Assembly: GCA_030550175.1 (NCBI GenBank)
Contig: JAUQPW010000004.1
Coordinates: 21,211 to 85,210 of the forward strand
Origin: a bacterium
Lineage (GTDB): Bacteria; Moduliflexota; Moduliflexia; Moduliflexales; JAUQPW01
DNA: 64,000 bases
Direction: 5' to 3'
In this document: positions 38,781-48,498 of the stretch, piece by piece
Numbering within the stretch: position 1 is the stretch's first letter
How the letters are laid out: the number at the start of each line of letters is the position of its first letter
Position numbers and translations under genes: made by a program
Notes under the pieces: generated by a model
The model's database searches: none
What the model saw: the letters and a program-made list of their open reading frames with translations, nothing else
Told to the model about the DNA's origin: nothing

Positions 38781-40021
38781 AGCTCCTGACTTTTACTGGC
38801 TACTTCATAAACAAATTCTGGCTTTTGTTCTAGTATATCTTCATCTTTTTTAGGATGCAATTCCAATTTACGACGTGCACTGGGGATCAAGCCCTGGGGT
38901 CGGAAAATCATCACCAAAACCATCAACATCCCAAAAATGAGCATTCGGGCCCGCGAGAAGTCCACTTGCATAAAGGGAAGGTAGAAATCTCTCAGCATTT
39001 CAGGAAGGACGACCAGTACAATGGCACCCAAGATAACTCCCGGAATACTTCCCATTCCTCCTAAGACGACCATACACAGGATAATGACCGATTCAAAGAA
39101 AGTGAAACTTTCCGGTGAAATAAAAGTCATTTTACTGGCGAAAAATACCCCACCCAAACCGGCCCACATGGCTCCCAAGGCAAAGGCCAGAAGCTTCATC
39201 CGGGTGGTATTAATACCCATAGCCTCTGCAGCGACTTCATCTTCTCGGATGGCAATCCAGGCTCGTCCAATCCTTGAGTGGTTCAGCCGATTTACCACAA
39301 AGATGGTTATAATAGCAATCAGGAGGATTAAATAATAGTAATGGATAGGTTGGCTAAAAACGAACTTTTTACCCAGAGATGGGGCTTCAATTCCGATTAA
39401 TCCGTTGGGACCCCGGGTAACCCGGTCCCAGTTGTTCAGAATGATCCGAATCATCTCACCAAATCCCAGAGTGACAATGGCCAGATAATCTCCTCGTAAT
39501 CGAAGAGTAGGTGCTCCCAACAGGACACCAAAAGTGGCCGCCATCAAGGCTCCTAAAGGGAGGGCTAACCAGAAGGAGGTGTGGTAATTGATAGAGAGTA
39601 AACCGTATAAATAGGCCCCTACGGCATAGAATGCAACGTATCCCAGATCCAGTAATCCGGCCAGACCTACTACGATATTTAAACCGAGGGCCAGACATAT
39701 ATAGATTCCACACATAACAGCCACGTCCACAACATAACGGTTGTTGAACAGGGGAAATAAGAGGGCTAGAACCAGGAGAATCCCCAAGACAATACGTCGG
39801 TCTCTCCGGTTGAGATTACGTTGAAAGCCTTGTTGATAAAAGGAAGCTCTTTCTAACCATTGTTTGACGGTCTTGGTATTCCGTAGGGTGGTTATCACTA
39901 ACCATAATCCTCCTCCGGCTAAGAGAAGGACTATCAAAAGCCCCGCATGGTTTCCCATAAAAGGAAAGGTAAGAAATCCAAACCATAGAGAGATGACCAT
40001 CACTCTAAGAATTTTTTTCAT
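38777..40021 (-). CDS. livM: Branched-chain amino-acid ABC transporter permease
   Basis: Polytopic membrane protein. Its start overlaps the livG stop, giving an operon livK-H-M-G-F. Confidence 0.8.
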   Translation of the reverse strand: MKKILRVMVISLWFGFLTFPFMGNHAGLLIVLLLAGGGLWLVITTLRNTKTVKQWLERASFYQQGFQRNLNRRDRRIVLGILLVLALLFPLFNNRYVVDVAVMCGIYICLALGLNIVVGLAGLLDLGYVAFYAVGAYLYGLLSINYHTSFWLALPLGALMAATFGVLLGAPTLRLRGDYLAIVTLGFGEMIRIILNNWDRVTRGPNGLIGIEAPSLGKKFVFSQPIHYYYLILLIAIITIFVVNRLNHSRIGRAWIAIREDEVAAEAMGINTTRMKLLAFALGAMWAGLGGVFFASKMTFISPESFTFFESVIILCMVVLGGMGSIPGVILGAIVLVVLPEMLRDFYLPFMQVDFSRARMLIFGMLMVLVMIFRPQGLIPSARRKLELHPKKDEDILEQKPEFVYEVASKSQEL

Positions 40022-40022
40022 G

Positions 40023-40949
40023 CTATATCTTCTCCGCGACCTGTTCGCCTAATAGACCTGAAGGTCTAAATATCAAAACTAAAACTAAAATGGTGAAGGC
40101 AAAAACATCCTTATACTGAGCTCCATGGGGAGGAGGAATAAATCCGGCTGCAAAGGCTTCCAGTAAACCCAAAAGAAATCCTCCCAGCATGGCTCCGGCA
40201 ATGTTTCCAATCCCACCTAGTACCGCTGCCGTGAAAGCTTTTAATCCTGCAACGTACCCAATATAAAAATTAACCAATCCGTAATACATCCCCACCATAA
40301 TTCCGGCCACAGCCGCTAAGGATGATCCGATAATGAACGTTATAGAAATAACCCGATCAATATTGATTCCTACCAGACTAGCCATTTTCTTATCTTGAGC
40401 AGTCGCCCGCATGGCCTTACCTAATCGAGTATTTTTAATAAATAACTGCAGGGCTATCATCAGAAGGACCGAGATCCCCATGATAAAAACCTGGATATAG
40501 GATATGCGAACTTCGTCTATATTAATACCACCGGTAAATAAGGGAGGAAAGAATTTATCTCGAGCACCCTGGGTCAGCATGACGTAATTTTGTAGAAAAA
40601 TAGACATACCCAAGGCCGTGATGAGGGGTGATAATCTTGGGGCCTGACGGAGAGGGCGATAGGCAATGCGTTCCATGGTAAATCCATAGGCAGCGCAATA
40701 TACCATGGAAACCACCAGGACAATCCCCATAGCCAGTGCAAGACTGCTCTGGGTCAAACCTTGCGCACTTAAAACCCCCAGCGTAATAATCCCTATATAC
40801 GCCCCGATCATATAAATCTCTCCATGGGCAAAATTGATCAACTCGATAATTCCATAGACCATGGTATATCCCAGGGCGATAAGTGCATAAACAGCCCCGA
40901 TTGTAAGTCCGTTAATCAACTGCTGGATAATATACTCAAGAAAAGACAT
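40023..40949 (-). CDS. livH: Branched-chain amino-acid ABC transporter permease
   Basis: Polytopic membrane protein of the LivH family, sitting between the binding protein and livM. Confidence 0.8.
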   Translation of the reverse strand: MSFLEYIIQQLINGLTIGAVYALIALGYTMVYGIIELINFAHGEIYMIGAYIGIITLGVLSAQGLTQSSLALAMGIVLVVSMVYCAAYGFTMERIAYRPLRQAPRLSPLITALGMSIFLQNYVMLTQGARDKFFPPLFTGGINIDEVRISYIQVFIMGISVLLMIALQLFIKNTRLGKAMRATAQDKKMASLVGINIDRVISITFIIGSSLAAVAGIMVGMYYGLVNFYIGYVAGLKAFTAAVLGGIGNIAGAMLGGFLLGLLEAFAAGFIPPPHGAQYKDVFAFTILVLVLIFRPSGLLGEQVAEKI

Positions 40950-41074
40950 TTAAAACAGCAAGCAGAAAGCTGTGACGGGAAACAAGGGAGGAGAGAGGCA
41001 AAAATAGTCACTCACTTATACCCCCTCTACTACCCCTTGCTCCTTGATCGCTGTTCCTATCCCTATCTAGTTAC

Positions 41075-42208
41075 TTATTTCTTCAGCTCTTGAACCTGAA
41101 CGAATTTTCCGTTTTTAACCTGCCAAAATACATAGGGTGATTCCAGAACATCACCCTTTTCATCGAACTGGATCGGTCCTAAGGCGGTATTAAATTTGGT
41201 CTTATGGATATAGTCGATTAATTTATTTCCATCGGTGCTGTTGGTTCCTTTAATAGCCTCCAGGAGAATATTGGTTGCAACATAGCTGTAAATGGTATAG
41301 GCTCCTACCTCTTTGGCTTGTGGAAATTTTTGTCTGAATTTTTTGATGAAGGGTTGGGCTTCTGGAATTTTTTCCTGGTCAGGTGTGAAACTGATATAAG
41401 CTCCTTCAGCCGCAGGTCCTGCGCCATCGATAAATTCCTGGATAAACACCCCGTCTCCGCTTACAAAAATGGTGTTCAACCCAAGATCTTTGGATTGTTT
41501 GGCCAGCAAAATGGCTTCAGGATGAATCCCTCCGAAATAGAGAACCTCCGGGTTTTTCTGTTTGGCAGCCGTTAAAACCGCCGTATAATCCTTATCCCCC
41601 TGAACAATTCCGGTGTAGAAAACCGGCTCAACCCCTAACTTTTTGAGACCTTTGACGGTCTCGTCGGCTAACCCCTGACCGTAGGTCGTTTTATCATGGA
41701 AGACAGCCACTCTTGTTTTCTTAAGGGTATTGACAATAAAGTCTGCCGCAACGGCTCCCTGTTGGTCATCCCGACCGCAAACCCGAAACACATTTCTTAA
41801 TCCACGTTCGGTAAATTGAGGATTGGTAGAAGCCGGAGTGATTTGGGGAATGGGAACCTTGGTATAAACCGTTGAGGCCGGAATAGAACAACTGGAGTTG
41901 AAATGACCTATGACCCCAACAACCCCTTCATTGACAAACTTGTTGGCAACAGCCACGGCTTGTTTGGGATCATGCTGGTCGTCTCCCCAGATAATCTCAA
42001 TCTTTTTTCCGAGAACACCTCCTTTTTCATTCCATTCTTCCATGGCAATGGTGCCCCCATTTTTCAACTGCTCCCCAAAGGCACCCTGATCTCCGGTGAG
42101 GGGACCTGCCAACCCCAATTTAATAGTTTCTTCTGCCGGGTACGCATTTGCAGCCATTAACCCTGGAATTAGGGTTGCCATCAAAACAAGAAAGAGAAAT
42201 TTTCTCAT
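41075..42208 (-). CDS. livK: Leu/Ile/Val-type periplasmic substrate-binding protein (PBP type I)
   Basis: Signal peptide followed by GPLTGDQGAFGEQ..., typical of LivJ/K. First gene of the liv operon. Confidence 0.8.
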   Translation of the reverse strand: MRKFLFLVLMATLIPGLMAANAYPAEETIKLGLAGPLTGDQGAFGEQLKNGGTIAMEEWNEKGGVLGKKIEIIWGDDQHDPKQAVAVANKFVNEGVVGVIGHFNSSCSIPASTVYTKVPIPQITPASTNPQFTERGLRNVFRVCGRDDQQGAVAADFIVNTLKKTRVAVFHDKTTYGQGLADETVKGLKKLGVEPVFYTGIVQGDKDYTAVLTAAKQKNPEVLYFGGIHPEAILLAKQSKDLGLNTIFVSGDGVFIQEFIDGAGPAAEGAYISFTPDQEKIPEAQPFIKKFRQKFPQAKEVGAYTIYSYVATNILLEAIKGTNSTDGNKLIDYIHKTKFNTALGPIQFDEKGDVLESPYVFWQVKNGKFVQVQELKK

Positions 42209-42547
42209 AGGACCTCCTTTTGTTAGGTTAAACTAAGAAACTTCCTCGTCGGATTTCGTCAAAGTAATGGCGGAACAGGAAAAACCCTTTAAGGAAAAGA
42301 AAATACGTTACTTCTACTCTTTTGTTTTAGGAAATTCTCCTGGATCTGTCAAGATAAATTTCATGATTGCTTTTTTCTTTTTTAAATAACACTCCGGTCG
42401 TTAAAATTGCATCACTTTTGCAGGGAAGAGAAAGTGTTGTTATTTATTCGGATCTTTCTTATATTTCATGAAAGATCTCTCATAGACGTTCTGATAAAGA
42501 TTAAGCACTCAGAGATAAAGATAAGTTTTTGATGAGGAGAATCACAC

Positions 42548-43264
42548 ATGACGCAATCCAGAAAACTGAAAGCCGATTTTCATTTACATACTTCTGAAGA
42601 TCCGGAGGATCTTTTTATTCGACATAGTTCTACAGAGCTCATCGATAAAGCAGCCGAATACGGGTTTGAAGTGTTGGCCATTACCCTTCATAACCGACAG
42701 CTTTATACCGATTATTTGAAAAACTACGCTTTGGATCGAGGGATACTCTTGATCCCAGGAATGGAAGCCACCATCGAAGGCAAGCATATTCTTCTTCTTA
42801 ATATGAACTGCGATTTAAGCAAAATCCGAAGGATTCAGGATTTAAGTCGATATACCGGTGATGATACCCTGGTTATCGCCGCCCATCCCTTCTTTCCAGA
42901 TTCTAAATGCCTGGGATCCAAACTGGAAAGGAATATAGAGGTTTTTAACGCCATCGAGTATAGCCATTTTTATCTGAAAAAAATCAATTTCAATGAAAAG
43001 GCCGTGCAGGTGGCGACTAAATATCAACTCCCCCTGGTAGGTACCTCAGATACCCACATCCTTCATCAATTCGGTAAAACTTTCTCCCTGGTGGAAGCCG
43101 ATCAAGAAATCGGCTCGGTGATTGAAGCGATTAAAAAAAGACGGGTTGAAGTCGTCAGCCAGGCCTTAACTCCCACCTACGCCGCCACGACCATGCTTCA
43201 ATTGAAATCTGGGATTATCAAGAAGCTAGAAAGGAAATTAAAGAAGTTCTTTTCGTCCCGGTAA
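42548..43264 (+). CDS. PHP-domain (polymerase/histidinol-phosphatase-like) metal-dependent phosphoesterase
   Basis: HLHTSED... N-terminal His motif, then further His/Asp motifs (TSDTHIL). Confidence 0.65.
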   Translation: MTQSRKLKADFHLHTSEDPEDLFIRHSSTELIDKAAEYGFEVLAITLHNRQLYTDYLKNYALDRGILLIPGMEATIEGKHILLLNMNCDLSKIRRIQDLSRYTGDDTLVIAAHPFFPDSKCLGSKLERNIEVFNAIEYSHFYLKKINFNEKAVQVATKYQLPLVGTSDTHILHQFGKTFSLVEADQEIGSVIEAIKKRRVEVVSQALTPTYAATTMLQLKSGIIKKLERKLKKFFSSR

Positions 43265-43444
43265 AATGAAAAAGTACTTGTTTTAAAGACTTTAAAGACA
43301 GGTTTCTAGATTTTGATTCCACTCTATTCACCCTGAGCCCTTCGACAAACCGGCCCCAACGGATCGAAGAGCTCAGGACGAGGAGAGGAAGGTTGTAGAG
43401 GATTTATTCCAGGAAACGACCAAAGAAAAATCCCTCCCTCGGGC

Positions 43445-46400
43445 TTATCTCTTGGCCAATTCCAGCTTCAACTCTTCAATTACTTTTTGGAGTTCCCCGA
43501 TTTGATTGTCCGCTTTAACCAAAGCAATGGCTTTTTCGCTGACGGCTTGATTGGCTATATCCAACTGGCCACGGAGCTGGCTCACCTGAGTGGTTAACTC
43601 TCCCAGAGCCTTTTCCTTTTCTTCCAGCTTTTTCCTGAACTCTTCTTGCATCTGGTTGAACTGGCTTTGAAGTTGTGCGAAGGCTTTTTCCTTTTCGTCC
43701 AGATTCTTCCGGACTTCCTCCAGTTGATTTTGTAACTGACCGGGTTGGGATCGTAAGCTTTCAAGGGCCTGATCTTTTTCCAGGAGTTGATTGTTTGCGG
43801 TGTCTAACTGGCTTCGAAGTTGAGCCATCTGGGTCAACAAACCCTCTATTTCCTTGTTCTTTTCTTCCTGGCTACGTTGAGCTTCTTCTTGTAGTTGTTT
43901 CAATCGGGTCGTTAAGGTCGTAAGCTCCTCGTCTTTTCCCTGGAGACGGGCCAGGGCTTCTTCAAGTTTACCCTGTAATTGGTTTACCTGATCGGTTAAG
44001 CTTGCAAGCAACCTGTCTTTCTCCTGGAGGTTTTGTTTCGACTCTTCCTGTAATCGGTTAAGTTGATCCGTGGCCGCAGCCAGGGCTTTATCTTTTTCAC
44101 TCAGATCTTCATTAACTGCCGCCAGTTGGTTTTGGAGTTGATCGAACTGCATAGCCCAGTTCGCCAGGGCCTGATCCTTTTCGGCAAGGACCTTCTGGCT
44201 CTCTTCCTGAGCCAGGGTAAGCTGAGCTTTTAAATCGGCTACCAGTCGATCTTTTTCTTCTTGTAATTGATTGAGCTTATGGGTTACCCGGGCTAAGGCG
44301 ATGTTCTTTTCACTTATCATGTCTTGCAGCGTCTTCAACTGACCCTGCAACTGATTAACCTGTTGGGTCACGTTGGTCACTGCAGCCTCTTTCTCCGTCA
44401 AATTTTGTTGAGATTCTTTTTTTAACTGATCCAGTTGCCGGCTCAAGTCGGTCAAAGCCAGGGTTTTTTCGCTTATATTCTGGTTGGCAACTTCTATCTG
44501 GGTTCGTAGTTGATTTATCTCTGCTATCAACTCTGCAATCCTTTGTTCTTTTTTATCTAAAGCTTTCCTGGCTTCCTCCCGTTCTTGAGCCATCTGATCC
44601 TTAAGCGCCAGGAGGGTCTGTTCCTTTTCGTTCAAAGCCTGTTGAGTCTGGTTCTGTAACTGATTCAAGGAAGCATTCAAAGAGGCAATGATTTTATCTT
44701 TCTCCTCCAGGTTCTTCTTCATTTCTTCTTGTAACTGACGGGATTGCTTATGCGAATCGGCCAACGCAAGGGTTTTTTCGCTCACATTCTGATTGGCAAA
44801 ATCCAGTTGACCCTGAAGTTGATTTAATCTGGCCGTTAGATCGGCAACTACCCGGTCTTTTTCTTCTAAACCTTTCTTTATTTCTTCCTGCAGTTGACGA
44901 ACCTGCGTGTTTAAGTCCGCAGCTATCTTTTCATTTTTCTCTAAATTCTCCTGGAGCTGGTTTCGCTGATGAATCAAATGGGCTAAAGCATTGGTTTTTT
45001 CACTGAGATTTTGGTGGGTTACTTCCAGTTGACCACGTAATTGATTTAACTGGCCTGTTAAATCCCCGATCACCCTGTCTTTCTTTGCCAGATTCTCCTG
45101 GAGTTGATTGAGTTGGTTGGTCAGGTTTACCAGGGTAATTGCTTTTTCACCTATATGTTGATGGGCCGTATTCAGTTGGGTTCGCAGCTGATTTACTTCT
45201 TGGGTTAGATCCCCGATCTTTTGCTCTTTCTCTGCCAAGCTCTTTTGAGTCTCTTTTTGTTCTCTACTCAATTCGTCAAGATTATTCTGGATCTTAGCCT
45301 GTAGATTTTTCTGCTGATGGAGTGCTTCGGTTAACCGATTCACTTCAGTATTTTTTGCCTCTAATTGAGCCCGTAATTGGTTCAACTGATCGGTTAAGCT
45401 GGCAAGAACTGCTTCCTTTTCTTGCAGATTTTTCCTACTTTCCTCCTGGACTCGATCCAATCGATTGGCTAAATCAGAGAGAGCTAATGTTTTTTCACTG
45501 AGGCTTTGATTGGCTGCATTAAGCTGGCCCAGAGACTGATTTAGTTGCGCAGTCAGGTTGGTAATGACCTGCTCTTTTTCGGTTACATTCTTTTGATATT
45601 CCTCTTGAAGTTGATTCAACTGCTTGCTTAAGTTATTGAACGCGAGGCTCTTTTCGCTGGCGTTTTGACGAGCAATATCCATTTGACCTCGGATTTGGTT
45701 GATCTGCGAAGCCAGTTCATTAACCACTCGCTCCTTTTCTGCTAAAATCCTTTGGGTTTCCTCTTGCTCCTGACTCTTCTTTTCTAAGTTACTTCGGATT
45801 TCCTCCAATTGTTTAGCGTGCCGGTTGAGATCTGCCATCAGGTTATCGATCTGAGTGTTTTTCTCATCCAGTTGAGCCTGCAACTGGTTGATCCGGCTGT
45901 TCAACTCCTCCAGGGCTTTGTTCTTTTCTTCCAGATTTTTTTGAGTTTCCTCGTGGGTCCGATTTAACTCCTTATGGATTCCCTCCAATTCAGCCAGATC
46001 CTGGTTGGCTTTCTTTAGCTGATCCTGCAACTGAGCAATCTGCTCAGTTAAATGCGTAGTTTCCCTGTCCTTTGCAGCTAACCTCTTATTTTCCCCTTGA
46101 AGCCGTCCGATCTGTTCTTTTAAGTCGGTCAAGGCTTTATCCTTTTCGGCAAGACCTTTATTTTCCTCTTGAAGCCGTCCGATCTGTTCTTTTAAGTCGG
46201 TCAAGGCTTTATCCTTCTCACTCAGGCTTTGATCGGCGTTTTTGAGTTGATCTTGCAATTCATTTACTCGAGCGGTTAAATCTCTTACCTGAGCTTCCTT
46301 TTCACTTAATGCTCTCTTAAAATCCTCCTGGACCTGGTTAAGTTGAGTTCGTAGGGTTATGAGTTCTTTGTCTTTTTCTTCAATATTTCTGCCGGCGTCT

Positions 46401-46627
46401 TCGAGTTTGCTCTGTGAATTTTTAAGTTGAGTATTTAGATCGGCCAGGATTTTATCTTTTTCGCTTAACTGCTTTTTAGATTCCTCTTGGATTTGATTTA
46501 ACTGATAACCCAGTTTACGAACTTCGCTCCTTTTGCTTGCATAGAGTCCTGTCATAAAAACTACTGCTATGGCCATGACAAGACTTAAAATGCCTAAACT
46601 TTTCTTTGTAAAAATTTGTACTTCCAT
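43445..46627 (-). CDS. Giant membrane-anchored coiled-coil protein (1060 aa) built from about 50-aa tandem repeats. Cytoskeleton-like / filament-forming candidate.
   Basis: N-terminal transmembrane helix (LGILSLVMAIAVVFMTGLY), then about 1000 residues of heptad-rich repeats (LTxQLNQLxGQLxxANQxLSEKxxAL...). Nearly no Pro, Gly or aromatic residues. Confidence 0.7.
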   Translation of the reverse strand: MEVQIFTKKSLGILSLVMAIAVVFMTGLYASKRSEVRKLGYQLNQIQEESKKQLSEKDKILADLNTQLKNSQSKLEDAGRNIEEKDKELITLRTQLNQVQEDFKRALSEKEAQVRDLTARVNELQDQLKNADQSLSEKDKALTDLKEQIGRLQEENKGLAEKDKALTDLKEQIGRLQGENKRLAAKDRETTHLTEQIAQLQDQLKKANQDLAELEGIHKELNRTHEETQKNLEEKNKALEELNSRINQLQAQLDEKNTQIDNLMADLNRHAKQLEEIRSNLEKKSQEQEETQRILAEKERVVNELASQINQIRGQMDIARQNASEKSLAFNNLSKQLNQLQEEYQKNVTEKEQVITNLTAQLNQSLGQLNAANQSLSEKTLALSDLANRLDRVQEESRKNLQEKEAVLASLTDQLNQLRAQLEAKNTEVNRLTEALHQQKNLQAKIQNNLDELSREQKETQKSLAEKEQKIGDLTQEVNQLRTQLNTAHQHIGEKAITLVNLTNQLNQLQENLAKKDRVIGDLTGQLNQLRGQLEVTHQNLSEKTNALAHLIHQRNQLQENLEKNEKIAADLNTQVRQLQEEIKKGLEEKDRVVADLTARLNQLQGQLDFANQNVSEKTLALADSHKQSRQLQEEMKKNLEEKDKIIASLNASLNQLQNQTQQALNEKEQTLLALKDQMAQEREEARKALDKKEQRIAELIAEINQLRTQIEVANQNISEKTLALTDLSRQLDQLKKESQQNLTEKEAAVTNVTQQVNQLQGQLKTLQDMISEKNIALARVTHKLNQLQEEKDRLVADLKAQLTLAQEESQKVLAEKDQALANWAMQFDQLQNQLAAVNEDLSEKDKALAAATDQLNRLQEESKQNLQEKDRLLASLTDQVNQLQGKLEEALARLQGKDEELTTLTTRLKQLQEEAQRSQEEKNKEIEGLLTQMAQLRSQLDTANNQLLEKDQALESLRSQPGQLQNQLEEVRKNLDEKEKAFAQLQSQFNQMQEEFRKKLEEKEKALGELTTQVSQLRGQLDIANQAVSEKAIALVKADNQIGELQKVIEELKLELAKR
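46097..46216. repeat. Tandem duplication of a 72-bp (24-aa) unit inside the coiled-coil gene. The first about 48 nt of the two units are identical.
   Basis: TTGAAGCCGTCCGATCTGTTCTTTTAAGTCGGTCAAGGCTTTATCCTT occurs at 46097 and again at 46169. The protein reads LTDLKEQIGRLQEENK... twice. Confidence 0.8.
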
Positions 46628-46827
46628 ACTTCTTTTCTGACTGCCTCCTCCCTAAAGTTGTTAAACTACCATTGAAAATTGATAACAATTGTCCAACAAG
46701 AATCCCCTATTTCTGGGGAATATGTCAAGGGGTTTTTTGGAAATCTTCATGGGACATGAAATCCAGATAATTTTTAATACCCAGTTGGGTTTGATAGGAA
46801 GAAGTATCGTATTGTTATCTTGTAATA

Positions 46828-46945
46828 CACTGTTTACTTAATTGTAACCTCATAGGACTGCTTTCACTCCCTAACCCCCCCTGCTGGGAGAGGGGCCGGG
46901 GGTGAGGGCTGCTTAAAAGTCAAACAAAACTAAGTAAACAATATA
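46828..46945. mobile_element. MITE-like element, copy 4, with TGTTTACTTA(A/G)TT terminal inverted repeats and the GGGAGAGGGGCCGGGGGTGAGGGC core
   Basis: Left end ACACTGTTTACTTAATTG and right end AACTAAGTAAACA are reverse complements. The internal core is shared with the other copies. Confidence 0.65.
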
Positions 46946-47285
46946 GTAATACATATTGCCATTCTGTAATAAGAATGGGAAAAGTTATGGCAACAGCCTT
47001 CCTTTAACCTCGATCAAGAGCCTTTAGTTAGCCCCTGATTTTTCAAAAATCCTATAAACGGTAATATCTTTGTAGAAATCTTTAATTTCAAGTGCAAAGG
47101 ACACAAATAACAGGAAAGTTTTATTAAACAAAGACGTCTGTTCCGGTTTATGGGAATCTTCAGGTACTTTGGAGTCGTAGAAGGTTCATTAACTTCCAGA
47201 GCTTTATCAAAGGCCACCGAAAAACGGTTTAACTTTCTCGGTCTCAGATAAAGTCTAAGGGTCTAAAGAGTATTATCTGGAAAGG

Positions 47286-47672
47286 ATGGAAAAGAATGGG
47301 AAAGGCAAGAGTGAAAAAAATGTAACCTTCCTTCCTACACTTATCCATGCTCTTCTTTTAACGATGATGGGGGTCATACTTTTTTATATCTACTCAACTG
47401 CCTCTTTTGCTCAGATCCCCTGTACCCTGGGGACCCCTAAGCACTTCCAGCGTGTGCTTATTATTGTTCTTGAGAATCAGAATTATAAGGAGGTAATGAA
47501 AGATTCTTACTTCTGCTCCCTGGCCCAGCGTGGTGCGAACTTCACCAATTTTCATGGGTTGTTTCATCCTTCTTACTCGAACTATTTAGCCATGGTATCC
47601 GGCAAGAAGATCCGAACTCACTTCGACTGGCAGGTTGATTTAACAGATCATAAAACGATTGCCGATTCATAG
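47286..47672 (+). pseudogene. Possible N-terminal fragment of a phosphoesterase (PLC/AcpA family), truncated after 128 aa
   Basis: A transmembrane/signal segment, then RVLIIVLENQNY...DSYFCSLAQRG...HPSYSNYLAMVSG resembling the family N-terminus (VVLMQENRSFDHYFGTLRG...). No ORF continues for about 800 bp downstream. Confidence 0.3.
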
Positions 47673-48244
47673 GGGCATAGGGAGATTTCCTGTTCTTTCC
47701 AGGATGGTTTTAATTCGATTAAGTTAGTTTTGATATTTAATCCCCGGAAAGCACCAGGTCACACATTTTGTGAGTTTGTCCCTGCACTTCCTTTGTAGAC
47801 TAAATAAGCCGATAGGTCAGTGGGAATTATTGTCTTAGAAATCGGTCGGATATGATTTTGCATAAATATAAAACAAAATCCTAAGAGGGCTCCTATAAAG
47901 ATCCTTCTCTTGAAAATAACTACCCTAATTCTTTTTCCTTCCTGAAGGGAGGTTCCTGGATGGAGGATTCATCAAATCTTCCTGGAGAATACCCCATCGG
48001 TTTTCTTGGAGATTCAATTTCCCCTCGATTTTATACCTGTTTACCAGAAAAACACGAGGTAAGGGGTCGGGTCGTCCTATGCAGTTACTTTCCAAGAGTA
48101 GCTATAGAGGTCTGCTTCCATATTTTCAGATCAGTTGCTTCATCCTCGGATTATGCAGAACGGAGCTTTCTGATTTTATCTCTTTTCTAAAGCAAAGACC
48201 ATACCACCGGCCAGCTTCTGTCCGCCAGGGGAAACAGAATCCTA

Positions 48245-48388
48245 TCTTTCTCTAAGTCCCAGCAGGGTGACCTGTTTAACAGGCCGCTCCTCCAGAGCTT
48301 GAAAAAATTCTGATTGACTGAATCCCCCCGACCTGCGTCGGGAGCTACCCGCTGTTCGCCCCTGACGGGGCTTTTCAGCTTATCCTGG
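48245..48388 (-). ncRNA. Structured repeat element B, homologous to element A at 17860-18000. It begins with CCAGGATAAGCTGAAAAG and lies about 110 nt downstream of the selenoprotein gene on the same strand.
   Basis: Collinear alignment to element A. Compensatory changes include A-CCCC...GGGG-T versus G-CCCC...GGGG-C, CCGACGAAAGTCGG versus CCCGACGCAGGTCGGG, and CCTGTTAAATAGG versus CCTGTTAAACAGG. Confidence 0.45.
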
Positions 48389-48498
48389 CGCCCATGGGGA
48401 TGGGGGGTTGAGGTAGCCTGCCCCTGGGCAGGCGGAACACAACTTTATGGAACCTTATCCACCCATCAAACGAGACGTTTGACCTACTGGAATAGGTA

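Noticed and set aside
48245-48420. Possible tRNA-Sec (selC) next to the selenoprotein gene
   Set aside because: I looked for a TCA anticodon loop, a long variable arm and a GGTTCGA-type T-loop on both strands and found none. The structured sequence there is the repeat element B.
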